A stretch of DNA of 63,633 bases, filler included, from Sphacelaria rigidula (Eukaryota), in assembly GCA_964200075.2 (NCBI GenBank). It is 10 parts of 10 records of this genome, joined end to end, with 100 filler letters (N's around TTAATTAATTAA, not from the genome) between each part and the next. Parts side by side here need not be neighbours in the genome. Positions count along the whole stretch, not along the records: positions 1 to 6,274 come from CAXNAA020021078.1; positions 6,375 to 12,648 come from CAXNAA020021079.1; 8 more parts are not named here. The stretch is one strand, 5' to 3'. This document shows, in pieces, positions 1-11,057 of the stretch (positions within the stretch are counted from its first letter, which is position 1; every line of letters starts with the position of its first letter). A program made the translations under genes and the position numbers. The notes beneath the pieces were generated by a model, which was given only the letters and a program-made list of their open reading frames with translations, made no database searches and was not told the DNA's origin.

Positions 1-139
1 TGGTCATCATCCAGGATCCTACACATGCTACATCTACTACGCCTTGGTGTATTTTGGCTACAAAGCGCAGAAACGCTCAGGTTAGAGGATGTTATGGGTC
101 ACGCCAGCAAGAGTTAAGTCACCCCCAGAGGTATTATGA

Positions 140-975
140 TTTGCACTCCGCATGCTAAGAAGTTCTACATGAGTGTTTGATCTCTCATGCATCCCCCCAA
201 CTGGGATGTGACAGACTGTTGTCCTCGTTTTGCAGGCATCGGGTGGAACCTCCGAGTATGATAACACCCCCCACGTTGTGATTATTAGATCTTGGCAAAG
301 CGGCGCAACCGCCCTTGCTCGCAGGTGTGTGTATGAGAATAGTAGCGGTTGTAGTGCGTGAGAGGACCGCGTGCTTAGAGGACCGCATCGGAATCTGAAC
401 ATCCCTACGGTTAGGGTTGGGGTTGGGGTTAGGGTTAGGGTTAGGATCAGGGGCGTCGTCCCTGCAGGGACTGGCCCGATTGGTTTTGAAAAACGTCGAT
501 CCTGAGGTATGTTGAACTACGATGATGCGGTCCTCTAAGCGCGCGGTCCTCTCACGTATAACAGCGGTGACGGGAACATCGCCCTGCTTTTCGACGACGT
601 GTTCTACTGCGCACAGAGACACGTTCTGTCCAAGCAGAGAGGCGGAGAGGAATCGATCTTTGCATTGGTCGGCGCCACAGAGAGGAGACGACAACCATGG
701 GCATCGCGAACTTGTTTCCGGGGCTGTGCTACAATAACCCGCCTGCGGACTCATGGCAACTTGGGCATGTGATAGTAACATGATGTCAATCTCTCGAGCG
801 ATTGGGAATCACCGAACGAGGACACACAAAGGACACCGGCGAGGAGCTTCCTCTCCGCCGTTGCTCCTCTCTCTGGTGATACCGTCATCGACACGCTTGT
901 ACACCGCGTTCGTTCGGTGCACCTAGCCACCCCTGCTAAATAGAGGTATCTCAAACTCGGCGATCCTGGATCATT
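140..975 (-). repeat. Diverged repeat, inverted relative to its copy at ~3632-4498
   Basis: ORFs 751..1035(-) and 3966..4361(+) share 'LCVSSFGDSQSLERL'. DNA similarity is visible by eye out to ~140 and ~4498 (gggatgcatgagagatcaa vs gggatgtatgagagatcaa). Confidence 0.8.
357..556. mobile_element. MITE with ~33-bp TIRs and an internal (TTAGGG/TTGGGG)n tract
   Basis: Left end cgtgagaggaccgcgtgcttagaggaccgcatc; right end gatgcggtcctctaagcgcgcggtcctctcacg; telomere-like tract at 409-445. Absent from the homologous region near 4300. Confidence 0.8.
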
Positions 976-2344
976 GGACGAATAGTCCAGGATGTCCTGG
1001 ACTACGAGTTTGAGATAACTCAAGGGAGATTCCAAAATAACATCGAGGATTCTCCAAATGGATCTTTGCGGAAGATCCCTCCTGGTTTATGACGTGAACG
1101 GGCGCGAAGAACTGTGGAGAACGGTGAAGAGCAGCTTCCATTTGACAGTTTCACCAACTATTGGTGTAATGCGCATCGCCACCACGTTTTCTGATCCTTA
1201 TGGCTGAAAGTTGGAAATCAGTTTGCGACCTTTCCTTGAAAATAACCAAAGCTTTGATGTTCCGCGAGTCATCTCTACAACAAGATCCGGGAATTCCAGC
1301 TGGATCTTAGATAAAAGATCCATCCCGGTTTATTTAGGATTCCTGAATAAACCAGGATGTTTTCGGACATGTGGTTGGAACCTACGAGTACGCTTCGGGG
1401 TATCGCAGTTGATGTGGTGACATATCGTCTATACACCCAAGGCTCCGCTGCGTTGGTGACTGGGGGAACGAGAGTGAAAATAGTTATCGTGCCTTCCACA
1501 ATAAGGAAGTATGTTAAGAAAAGCGCTGCTGCATGTGTAAATACATATAAAATAGCCCAACCTAGTATTCGTGCGGTCTAATCTCGTAGTGTTCCAACAC
1601 GATACAGAATCATGAATATAATAGTGCAGTGTAGTACACTGAACACAACACAGTTGTACGGTGCACTACAGGGCACCAAGCGCACGGCACCAGCAGGAGT
1701 GTTGCAGAAACGGACAGCGCGTTGCTCGTCTTACCAAAGAGGAAATAGTCAACACACCTATGAAGCTTTCAACAGTGTGCAGCCAGCACTGCGTACCGAC
1801 TGACGTTGTTTTCTGCAGAGAGGAACACAACGACAATATCGCAGCCCATGCAATCCAAACCGTCTTCGCAATGCATGAATACCCCACAACAGAACGGACA
1901 GTGGAAGCTCCAACACATGAGAGAGGCTTGAGTGTTTTTGCTGCGGTAAAGCAGTGAAACAGGACATGTCCCATGTTTTCGTCCCAAGTCTGATTGTGGA
2001 GAGATCTTCAATTTTGGGCCAGTGCCGAGTTTGAACACTCGGCCATAGTCGCGCTTCTGTCAATTCACTTTGGGTTACCCAAATCTTCGTGTTCGTCCTA
2101 CCCTTTAGTTGATCCTTGGACAGCCAGGAGAGTAGGTCATCCGTTGAATCGGCATCAATTTCAATCGAAAAACGTGGGCGTAGTCCAGATGAACTACTTA
2201 TATGTTTGCGGTCTAGGTCGTCTTCTGAATCGGAATCAATTTCACTTGTAAAAATTCGTGATGGACTGTCAGCTTCGAGGTCCAAGGGTTCACCGAGGCT
2301 GGGTTTCAAATGTTTATCGTTGACACATGTTACAAGTACCGCTA

Positions 2345-3045
2345 CCCCTAACCCTAACCCCAACCCCAACGCATGCCGAGAACCCTCGGGCAAGGGTGGT
2401 ACATAGTATTCCTTAGGCGAAGTACGGCCTTGGTAGACCCCAAAGGCATACCGAGAACCCTCGGGTAATAAGGATATATATTCCCCAGGCAACGGGCGGC
2501 CTTGGTACAGTAGTCTTGAACAAGAACGCGTTCACCAAAGGTGAGGCGCACACGAGACTGTCAGCCCTACTGAAGATCCGATTCTGGTTGTACATACGTT
2601 CCATTAGGGATAGAGTGTGTTGGCAGACCTGAAATCCACGCCGCAGGCGCCGATTTCGACAAAAGCAGGTTCTGGACGAGCACCCAACCCCGACCCAAGG
2701 AGTACGAGACCCTCGAACAAGGGGGGTACATTCGTTCCCCTAGGTATAGTGTGCGTTGGCAGGAAATCGATGCCGCAGCCGCCGATTTCGACGAAGACAT
2801 GTTCTGGACGAGCAAACTAACCCTGACCCAAGCTAGACATTGTGTACGTTGGCAGACCTGAAATCGATGCCGCAGCCGCCGATTTCGACGAAACACGTCC
2901 TCGACGAGCACCTGAATCCGACCCAAGGCGTACGAAACTCTCGGACAGGGGAGTACATACGTTTCCCTAGGCATAGTGTGCGTTGGTAGACCTGAAATCG
3001 ACGCGACAGGCGCTGATTTCGACAAAACACGTTCAAGACGAGCTG
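2345..3045. repeat. Degenerate tandem repeat (~90-135-bp units) preceded by CCCTAA/CCCCAA repeats
   Basis: Unit gttgg(c/t)agacctgaaatc...gccgatttcgac...tctggacgagc recurs at ~2618, 2755, 2848 and 2982. A related fragment lies at ~16150-16335. Confidence 0.8.
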
Positions 3046-3284
3046 GGTCCATCACTCACCTGCCCCGAAACATAATATTTCTCGGAACTTTCTCCAGCTT
3101 GAAATCAAGTAGCCATGTTGTCAACCATAGATATACGACCAAAGCTCTAGGTCTACTGCGCTTTGCTTGAAAATGAATGATGAACAGACCGTGGCGGTGA
3201 TGTGATGCAGGAGGGATGTGCGTGTCATGGGTTCAGAGCTTGCGCGACGGGATGGTGTGGCTCACATTCATTTTTCAAGTGAAG

Positions 3285-3537
3285 ATCAATGCCACGATAG
3301 GGGTTGCACTTTTTGTTTCTGGGTCTCTTTTTTGTAGGAGCCCAAAAATATGGGGCTTACTGTGCAACCCACATCTCCGGGGACAGGACATGGAGATGCA
3401 CACAGGGGCCTTTTCGTGAATCGGCATCATCTTTATTCTTTTTCAAGTGAAAATGATGCCGATTCTCAAACTGATTCTTGCAACACCCCGAGAAACATTT
3501 TCGCTCAAAAATAGCAACCCTACCGTAGCATCACTCT
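3285..3537. mobile_element. MITE-like element with TIR ~GAGTGATGCTACGGTAGGGGTGCACTTTT
   Basis: atgccacgataggggttgcacttttt (~3289) is inverted against aaaaatagcaaccctaccgtagcatcactc (~3507-3537). The same terminus occurs at ~12578-12608(+) and ~30632-30660(-). Confidence 0.55.
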
Positions 3538-3631
3538 GAAATTAATGCAGGAACCCAGTTTGAGATAACTCTACTGGTTTCCGCAGATATCCTTAAATCG
3601 GTTCTGGGATGGGAAGAGCCAAATATCATAC

Positions 3632-4498
3632 CAGGATACCGGGACGCCGAGTTTGAGATACCTGTAATAACTGCTACGGATTGTTCAGGGTGGAAGATAC
3701 TTTCCCCTGGTGTAACTGTTTAGCATTATCCCTGAACACGTTGTGCCGTTTAAACCTCATTTTCGTGTTCAACCCCATTTTTGAGAATCGGTTGTTGGAA
3801 CAACCGATTCTCGATAATGGGGTTGAACACGAAAATGAGGTTCAAACGGCATCACTAATCTTTAGGGATGGTGCCAAACAGTTACACCAAGGGAAACCGT
3901 GTTGCACCCTAAGTAATCCGTAGCAGGTATTAAGCAGGGGTGGCTAGATGCACTGAACGAATGCGGTGTACACACGTGTCGATGACGACATCACCGCAGG
4001 AGCAACGGCGGAGAGGCAAAAACTCCTCGTCCGTATCCTTTGTGTGTCCTCGTTTGGGGATTCCCAATCCCTCGAGAGATTGATATCATGTTACCAGCAC
4101 ATACCCAATTTTTCATGTCCCGGCAGGCATAATAATATTGCAGCACAGCCCCTCAACGAACATCGAGGTGCCGAGGGGTGTCGTCTCTTCTCGTCTGTGG
4201 TGCTGACTAATGTAAAGATCGAATCCTCTTTGTCTCTCCTTTTCGACAGGACGTGCCTCTGCGCGCTGCCGAACACGTCGCTGAAAAGCAGGGCGCCGTT
4301 CCCGCCACCGCTTTTGTTCTCTGTGACACACATGCCAGCAAGGACGGTGTTGCGGCAATAACAGATTTGTCGTTGATTTTAGCCCACATGTGTACCTGTG
4401 CGTGCGCGGCGGGGACAAGAGCGTGCCACACGCTAGTTAGAGGGATGTATGAGAGATCAAGTATTTGTGAAGACTTTCTTGTCATGCGGAGTGGAAAA
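3632..4498 (+). repeat. Second, inverted copy of the 140-975 repeat
   Basis: Conserved translation ALLFDDVFYCAQRHVLSK in copy 1 vs ALLFSDVFGSAQRHVLSK in this copy. Confidence 0.8.
3665..3932. mobile_element. Near-fully palindromic MITE/foldback (~268 bp)
   Basis: Ends taataactgctacggatt...aatccgtagcaggtatta; arms pair to a centre at ~3797. Inserted relative to the homologous sequence at ~935-950. Confidence 0.85.
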
Positions 4499-5617
4499 GG
4501 ATGTCTATGGCGGTGACCAAACTGTTGCAGGCGTGACCCAACATAGGGGTGCCGCCATGCTGTAATCTGAAGCAGCACCCGTTGCGTGGGTGTGTGTATC
4601 TTTCCAAAAGTATCATGTAAGGAGATCACTCATTACAAGCTAGAGCGAGATTATGGTTTCACAAGGGACAAGAGTGCTTCATGATCTACCACTTGTCGTT
4701 GCATTCGTGACCCACGCCATCAGTCGGTGACCGCAAAGAAAGGCCTTGCCTAAAAATAGGTTTCAAGCAGGGCTAGCAGCAGTACGTCAGACAAGCCCTG
4801 ACATAGCTAGCTTTTGTTTCTGTACTGACTGTATATATGTAATCACCGAAGCGCCGAAATTGACAATGGTTGTACGATAGTACAACAATTCCTTTTTTTC
4901 AACTCATTCCACACGATCAAAACTCCTCTCAAGAGCTGCGGAAAATCGCCCGCTTCGGGTTCGGTCAAACGTGCGGAGATCCTGTCGAACAGTTGCTATC
5001 ACAAACTATTCTAAAATTGGCATAAAGCCATGTGTATAGGACCAAACTGGAATGGATGCGTCTACGTTCAAAATACAAAATTTCGCGGATAAAACGCTTC
5101 GTGAGTGGAAAGACGCGGAATTTTCATGCTCAGAAAACTCTCTGTGCCCGTCATTGTCCTTTGGAGCTTACAAAGCTCCGTTGTCGTTTTTCTAGTACCT
5201 GGCAGGACACTTTCGCAGGACCCCCGAAGATCGATCACGCCCGTAGGTCACTCAATACTGATCGCAGATTTTTTTCTTACGATATTTTTTAAGAGGGTTA
5301 TAATATTTCCAGACCCCCCTTTATTGGTATCCAACATTCACTGTGATGAGTGGTGGCAAGCGAGGGTTATTTGAAAAATCTCCAAGAAAGCCAGAAATTA
5401 CGATTTCCGCAGAAAGCTGATGCTGACTACTGTAGATGTACGTAGGTCTTGGTTTCCCACCCCCCCCCTCCGCACGCCCTGGAGCTCTTGTTTTGGTAAT
5501 CATGATGGCGGTCGAGTCTGAGACACCTTCTAAGATAACTCCCTCTCAAAAAATGCCGGGTTTGGGGAGGCAAAATCTTCACGTGAATCGAAATGGAAAA
5601 GCCGAGCACAACGAGCA

Positions 5618-6274
5618 GCTAGGGATTCCCACGCTTGGGTCCGTTTTCGCCAATGTCACCCATATGAGGCGCTTCATTCAGTCTTCACCCAGACATCAGG
5701 CGCTGTATGACCATTTTCTTCTTGACACTCTTGGGCTGGTTTTGGGGGGGGGGGAGAGTATCGTAGAAAGTGTCCTGATCAAATTGTGTCGGGTGAAAAA
5801 ACTTAATCTTGCGCAAAGGGATTGATCGTACTACGCAATATTGAAATGACGAGACACCCGTGAGGAAGTGTAACCTATGTCTGTCTCTGGGAGTGGCGAT
5901 ACAAAAAAATGAACGACATTGTCAAATGCGCCACTTACTGCGTAAACCAGCCAACCGGGTTCTCGTTTTCCGCGCCACGTGTGTTTTTTCGCGGCATCGA
6001 TTATGGTGGTCGAGCTAGATCGTTTTGTGCGGAGTGGGAGGACCCCATTTTCGCCCCAAGGGAATGATTGTATTACGTAATGATAAAATGGTGAGGCATC
6101 CGCGAGAAAGTGTAATCCATGGGACACTTTCTACGATAGCCCCCCCCCCAAAAGCAGCCAAAAGTGTCACGAAAACGATGAGCATACAGCGCCTGATGCT
6201 TGGGTTCAGGCTGCATGAAGCGCCTCATATTGGCAATACTGGCTAGAACGAACCCAGTCGTGAGAATTCCCAGC
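5618..6274. mobile_element. Non-autonomous element with long (~155 bp) imperfect TIRs
   Basis: 5618-5775 is the reverse complement of 6122-6274 (catcaggcgctgtatg / catacagcgcctgatg). Another arm copy is at 44417-44510. Confidence 0.7.
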
Positions 6275-6374
6275 NNNNNNNNNNNNNNNNNNNNNNNNNN
6301 NNNNNNNNNNNNNNNNNNTTAATTAATTAANNNNNNNNNNNNNNNNNNNNNNNNNNNNNNNNNNNNNNNNNNNN
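6275..6374. other. Artificial contig spacer N44-TTAATTAATTAA-N44. Identical spacers at 12649-12748, 19023-19122, 25396-25495, 31769-31868, 38142-38241, 44515-44614, 50888-50987, 57261-57360
   Basis: Nine identical 100-nt spacers whose 12-mer gives stops in all six frames. The intervening segments are 6274, 6274, 6274, then 6273 bp seven times. Confidence 0.98.
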
Positions 6375-8899
6375 GGTTGATTCTCGTTTCAAAATACGTT
6401 CTCATTTTTCTGGCAACCCTGTTATTATGTGCTACATGTTGGCTACATGGCAACCCGCGAAAGGTGTCCCGACTGACAATTCCCACCACTGCAGCAGATT
6501 AATCGAAGGCTCCAGGAGCGGCTGGTTAAAGCAACCGCGGCGGCGGATACTTCTCCGCAGACCGAAGAACATAGAAGACATAAGTATGCAGATACACGGG
6601 AAATATCCCTTTTTGCCCTGGATGATGAGGAGGGCAACAACAATCTGGCGTGCGCGCGACGACCACTTTCCGGTGCCCTTATCGATTGGCCGGAAATATC
6701 CCGATTCGCCAGGAGGAGGAACATGACCGGTGATGGCGGCAGCTGCAAGGCCAAGAGACGGCGGGAAACCGCAACGGATACTGGCAAGGTTTTGTTTTCT
6801 ATTGACGGCGGTGCTTGGGATAGTCATGACGATGACGAAGATGGTCGGGAAGGCGCCGACAATGATCGAGAGGATTACGACCTGGAGCAAATAAAAAAGT
6901 GCACGTGGGACGCCAAATTCCGAGGTGTGACGAAAACACACACACCTTGTTGGATAATCGTACTGTACGTACTCAAGTGCCCGGTAGTTTTGGTCCGCCG
7001 TGCGTACGGTTGAAGAAGCTCACCAATCACCAGCAGTCCCACGAAAGAAGGTGGGTAGTAGTATCGAGTCGCCGATCATGCTTGCTCAAAGTTGTGGTCT
7101 TGGGAAATTCTCTCTTCCTTCAAAACATGCCGCGAAACGTAGGAGGTGTCGTGGGCAAATATTAGTAGTTCACGCGAATCAAGTGGGTGGCCCGACACCG
7201 CGTCAAGTCCACGGGGGAGGAATTGTTTAAGCGGCGGCACCTCTCTGTGCTACACGATACTTGATTTCACGCCTAGGACGACTTAAATCGTGATTCAACT
7301 CATAGTCGTCATTCCAACGAATAAATAATACGATTCGTAAATACTTTGTAATTTATACAGCTTTTCAGCTCGTGTGTCGTGCAGTACATGTCAAAGGTAT
7401 CTGTTTCCTACCTCTCCGTGAATACTGGGGTAAATAATGGGCACACATTCATCCCCTGCACTGTAATTTGAATTAATCGATTGTACATTCCACGGACTTC
7501 TTACCGTCATGAGGCGGGAGCATCATGTACAACTTACTTGGCCGAGTCGTTCGAGGGGCTCCATATCGGGAAATGGCTGCACCACCGCCCCCCAGGCCGC
7601 AAAAGCCTCATTCTGGGGTCGGAGGAGGGGGGAGGTGTACCCGACTGAATTGGGGGGGTTACCCCCTGATCGCTGGATGATGGCGATAGTAGTTGCTGCA
7701 CTGCACCGCACGTGCATTAATCTCACGCAAAGAGTATGAGTCATACCCTTTGATCTCACGTCAATTACATCCCATAACTGCCGCTACCTCGATGGTGGAT
7801 ACTCCTTTTCGCCACACCACGTCCACAGCCTTCCCCTTTGCAACCTCTCCCTCTCTTGTCTCGCAGTGCGCTATGAATTGCGATATGTAGATATACGCGT
7901 TGTATGAACACGGCTATCTGCCTAAACGCGGGCGAAGTACGTGATCATCTGCAATTAACACATTTTGCACGTCTATAATATCACAACATTTTCTTGTCGG
8001 CTGGTAACACTGCACAGTCAACTTACTGCATGTACATTGCAGTCATTCAGTAGTAGTACAGAACTGTTCGTCTTACGCCGCCCTCCTCAGCATGGCGGCC
8101 GTATCACTGCGATAGTGCCAGGTCGGTAACAACTGGCCTTGCAAAAGCTAGCGGGACTCAATAATCATTATCCAGTGATCACTGCGACTCAAACGTCATT
8201 TTCCAGACAGCGAATTCACTCCCCGATGGCCACCAGAACGACCGACACACCTAAACTCCTCGGTTTTGGGCTGCTCACGTTGAGGTGAACCCGGAGATAT
8301 CTAAATGATCGTTCGATTCCGTATACTAGTGGAAAATAGGAAGAATAAGCTTTTCCCCAACTTGATTTGGTATTTTGCTCATTCTCAACCGCCGGGGGGG
8401 CAGGAAGGGGGGGGGGGTGGCGGTGGTGCAGCCATTTCCCGATATGGGGCCCTTCGAGTCGTTCGAGGTGAGCGTCCGTATATTTTTCCCACCTTCGGGT
8501 CAATGCGGGACCAACAATTTATACAGGTTGAATCTTGTCATTTCATGGGCCCTGAATCAAGCGTGTACTTTTCTCCCCCATCTGTAACGCACACAAGATA
8601 CCTGCCCTGCATATGTGATATCCACCCTCGACTTAGCTGGACCAACGATTTATACAGGTTGAATCCTTTCATTTAATTAGGAGTCAGCTCGTATGAACTC
8701 TGATTCGTTCTGACCGTGCTTGATTCCATGCGCACGAAGCGCAATTCGAGTTCAAGCTAGCTAAGACATGGCATCAACAAGCTCGGCCATCTGCTGGTGG
8801 GATATGATTGATTCGTGTACGAAGGGTGTCTTCTCACACACCCCCACCCACTCCCTTGTACGCACGTAATCGTTGGTGGAATCAGCGTGTGATGCCAGT

Positions 8900-10100
8900 G
8901 TCATGCGTCGAGCTCAACAAGTGTACACCAAAGAAGACAGCCGACATGCCTGCAGTGCTATGAACGGCGGCAACACTCACACCACCATCAAGACAACTCC
9001 ATCTTCATTTCACATTTTCCCACCTCTCCCTGGTCAAAAGATCCCAAGGCGTGGCGCAGATGATCTCCTGCGGAACAGCTGTCAAGCTACCTCGCCTTTG
9101 CCGGGAGATGGGGATCACTTCAGAGATGAGTCTGAGGCGAGCAGCAATACGGAGAGTAGAACAAGAAGCGGTCCACGGGAATCGATGCAAGCCCAATCAC
9201 TGACGAGTGACCACGACCTTGTCTCTCTGCCTACGGGAGACGCAATTGGGGTATATTCTGTGTCAGCCCGTACTCTACTAACTCGGAATCGGTTTCCTCC
9301 TCTACCGAATGAAACTCCACCTCGAGATACTGTATATGATACATTCGGGAGGGGCGGCCATAGCGGGCGAGGAAAAAACGACAAGAGCACGGGAGATGCA
9401 CAGAATTGCGGAGATAAAATCGAACACCGCCTTGCACTCTAAACGCGTTGCCGGAGAATTCCAAATTTCGACAATCTTTTGGAGGGAAGCTCGCCGACGC
9501 AAATATACTTTTACAGGTGACACTACGGAAACATATGGGGCAAAAAGCAGCCCATATGTGCCAGCCATACCGGATGCCCGTGGCACCGTCTTGCTTCTGA
9601 CGATGGCACTCAAGACTTCTCCATTTCCACGCATTTCCAGGCATTCACACATGTGTCCAGCAGGAGACCGGTGGAGCGTCCTCACGCACTAGGCAGGCGG
9701 AGCGAGTGAGGCAGCTGACCGAATGCTCATGAAACAGCTACCTCATGTAGCACTATTTGTCTGGATGAAATTACCTGCCGACAGTGCCAGCATACCACCT
9801 GGTGTCCGCCTCAACATCATCACCTCATCACTATGAGGTCGCAGGAAAATTGTAACTTGTAGATCGCAACGGATGCTTGCTTCCGAGAGATACGCCACCA
9901 AAATGGCTAAATAGCAGAGAACTGACGTGGTCACGCCCAAGTTGGTCGATCTGCCCCAAGAAGAAGGGGGGGACATTGATCTCGATCAAGTCGTTGATCC
10001 TCCATCAAGTAAGCTATCTTGAGCAGGCGCTGTGCACCTCAGTCTCTCACACGCACCTAGTTCTTGTTTGTACATATCAGCAACGCATATACTTCCGCCC
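8900..10100 (+). pseudogene. Degenerate non-LTR (CRE-like) reverse transcriptase remnant
   Basis: Frameshifted motifs in plausible RT order: TIFWREARRR (cf. PIxxGExLRR, ~9470), tgt-gtc-cag-cag-gagac = VQQ(G)D (cf. GVQQGDPLG, ~9652-9670), SYLEQAL (~10010). Many stops and frameshifts. Confidence 0.35.
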
Positions 10101-10844
10101 ACAATCGTCACTGAAAAGCTGGGTCAGCGGTCACGCCAATGCTATACAACATGCAATGATTCCCCCGGTAGGTAGGGCCTATGAGCGACGATGAGGGAGG
10201 ACTGAGGCAATCAATAGAGCTCGATTTTATTTCCAACTTCTCACACTTTCGTCGGATCCTGAATTTGATATGTGCTTCGTTGGGGTGCTGTGAATAAAGG
10301 GTACATGAACGAAACCGTACGCTTTTTTGTCGCTTCGCATATGTTGCACGCCTCTCGCCGTTGAACCCGGTAAAGCCTCGTATCGCCACCAGTAGGTTTG
10401 GAGAGCTCGACAGGAAGTGTTTCAAATTTTAGGTGCGTAGGTAGCTGAACAAGAACGCGGAGTGGGTATGTTGTCAAGGAGCACGACCAGATACTAGAAA
10501 CAGTCGGCTAAGTTTTGGGTGGTCTACTTGTTGGACGCATGGTATGTGCGACCTGCTGGTTCTTCGAATTCAAAGATTGTCGAGATTGGGACGCAACCCA
10601 TGGTTTAGTGAAACGTAGTGAGATAGTGAGGTCGGTGATGGTGGGTGGTCGGTGATGGTTGTCTGTTCGCTACCTATGCAATGTGATCGAAGATGACGTA
10701 AAATGGAATTGACGTGGCCTCGGAATGTCTATCATGTGTGAAAGCGGCATTTTCCCCTGCCGATATGGGTGAACGCTGAAAGTGAGGCACACTGCGGATG
10801 GACAAGGAGTGCTTTTGGTGAAATGTGAAATCACGAGGGCAGTG

Positions 10845-11057
10845 TAATAAGTGGGAGGACCGCGTGCTTTTTGGACCGAATCGTAGTTCAAAACACCTCG
10901 GGTTCAATGGTTTTCAGAATCTATCGGGCCAGTCCTTGCAGGAACCGCCTCCCTGACCCTAACCCTAACCGCAACACTAGTCCTTACCCTAACCCTAACC
11001 ATTGGGGTGTTTGAACTTCGATGCGGTCCGAAAAACACGCGGTCCTCCAACGTATTA
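10845..11057. mobile_element. Second copy (opposite orientation) of the telomere-repeat-bearing MITE
   Basis: TIRs gggaggaccgcgtgctttttggaccgaatcg...cgatgcggtccgaaaaacacgcggtcctcc; internal CCCTAA repeats at 10956-11000; shared core gggccagtcc(c/t)tgcagg. Confidence 0.8.

Noticed and set aside
409..445. True telomere or chromosome fusion site
   Set aside because: The tract is short and lies inside a TIR-bounded element with a second copy elsewhere.
6319..6330. Recurrent TTAATTAATTAA motif as a biological signal
   Set aside because: Always centred in N runs at fixed spacing; it is an assembly linker.
9560..9600. Homology between IPDARGTV at ~9565 and ~17390
   Set aside because: The match is only about 8 codons with unrelated flanks and is probably chance.
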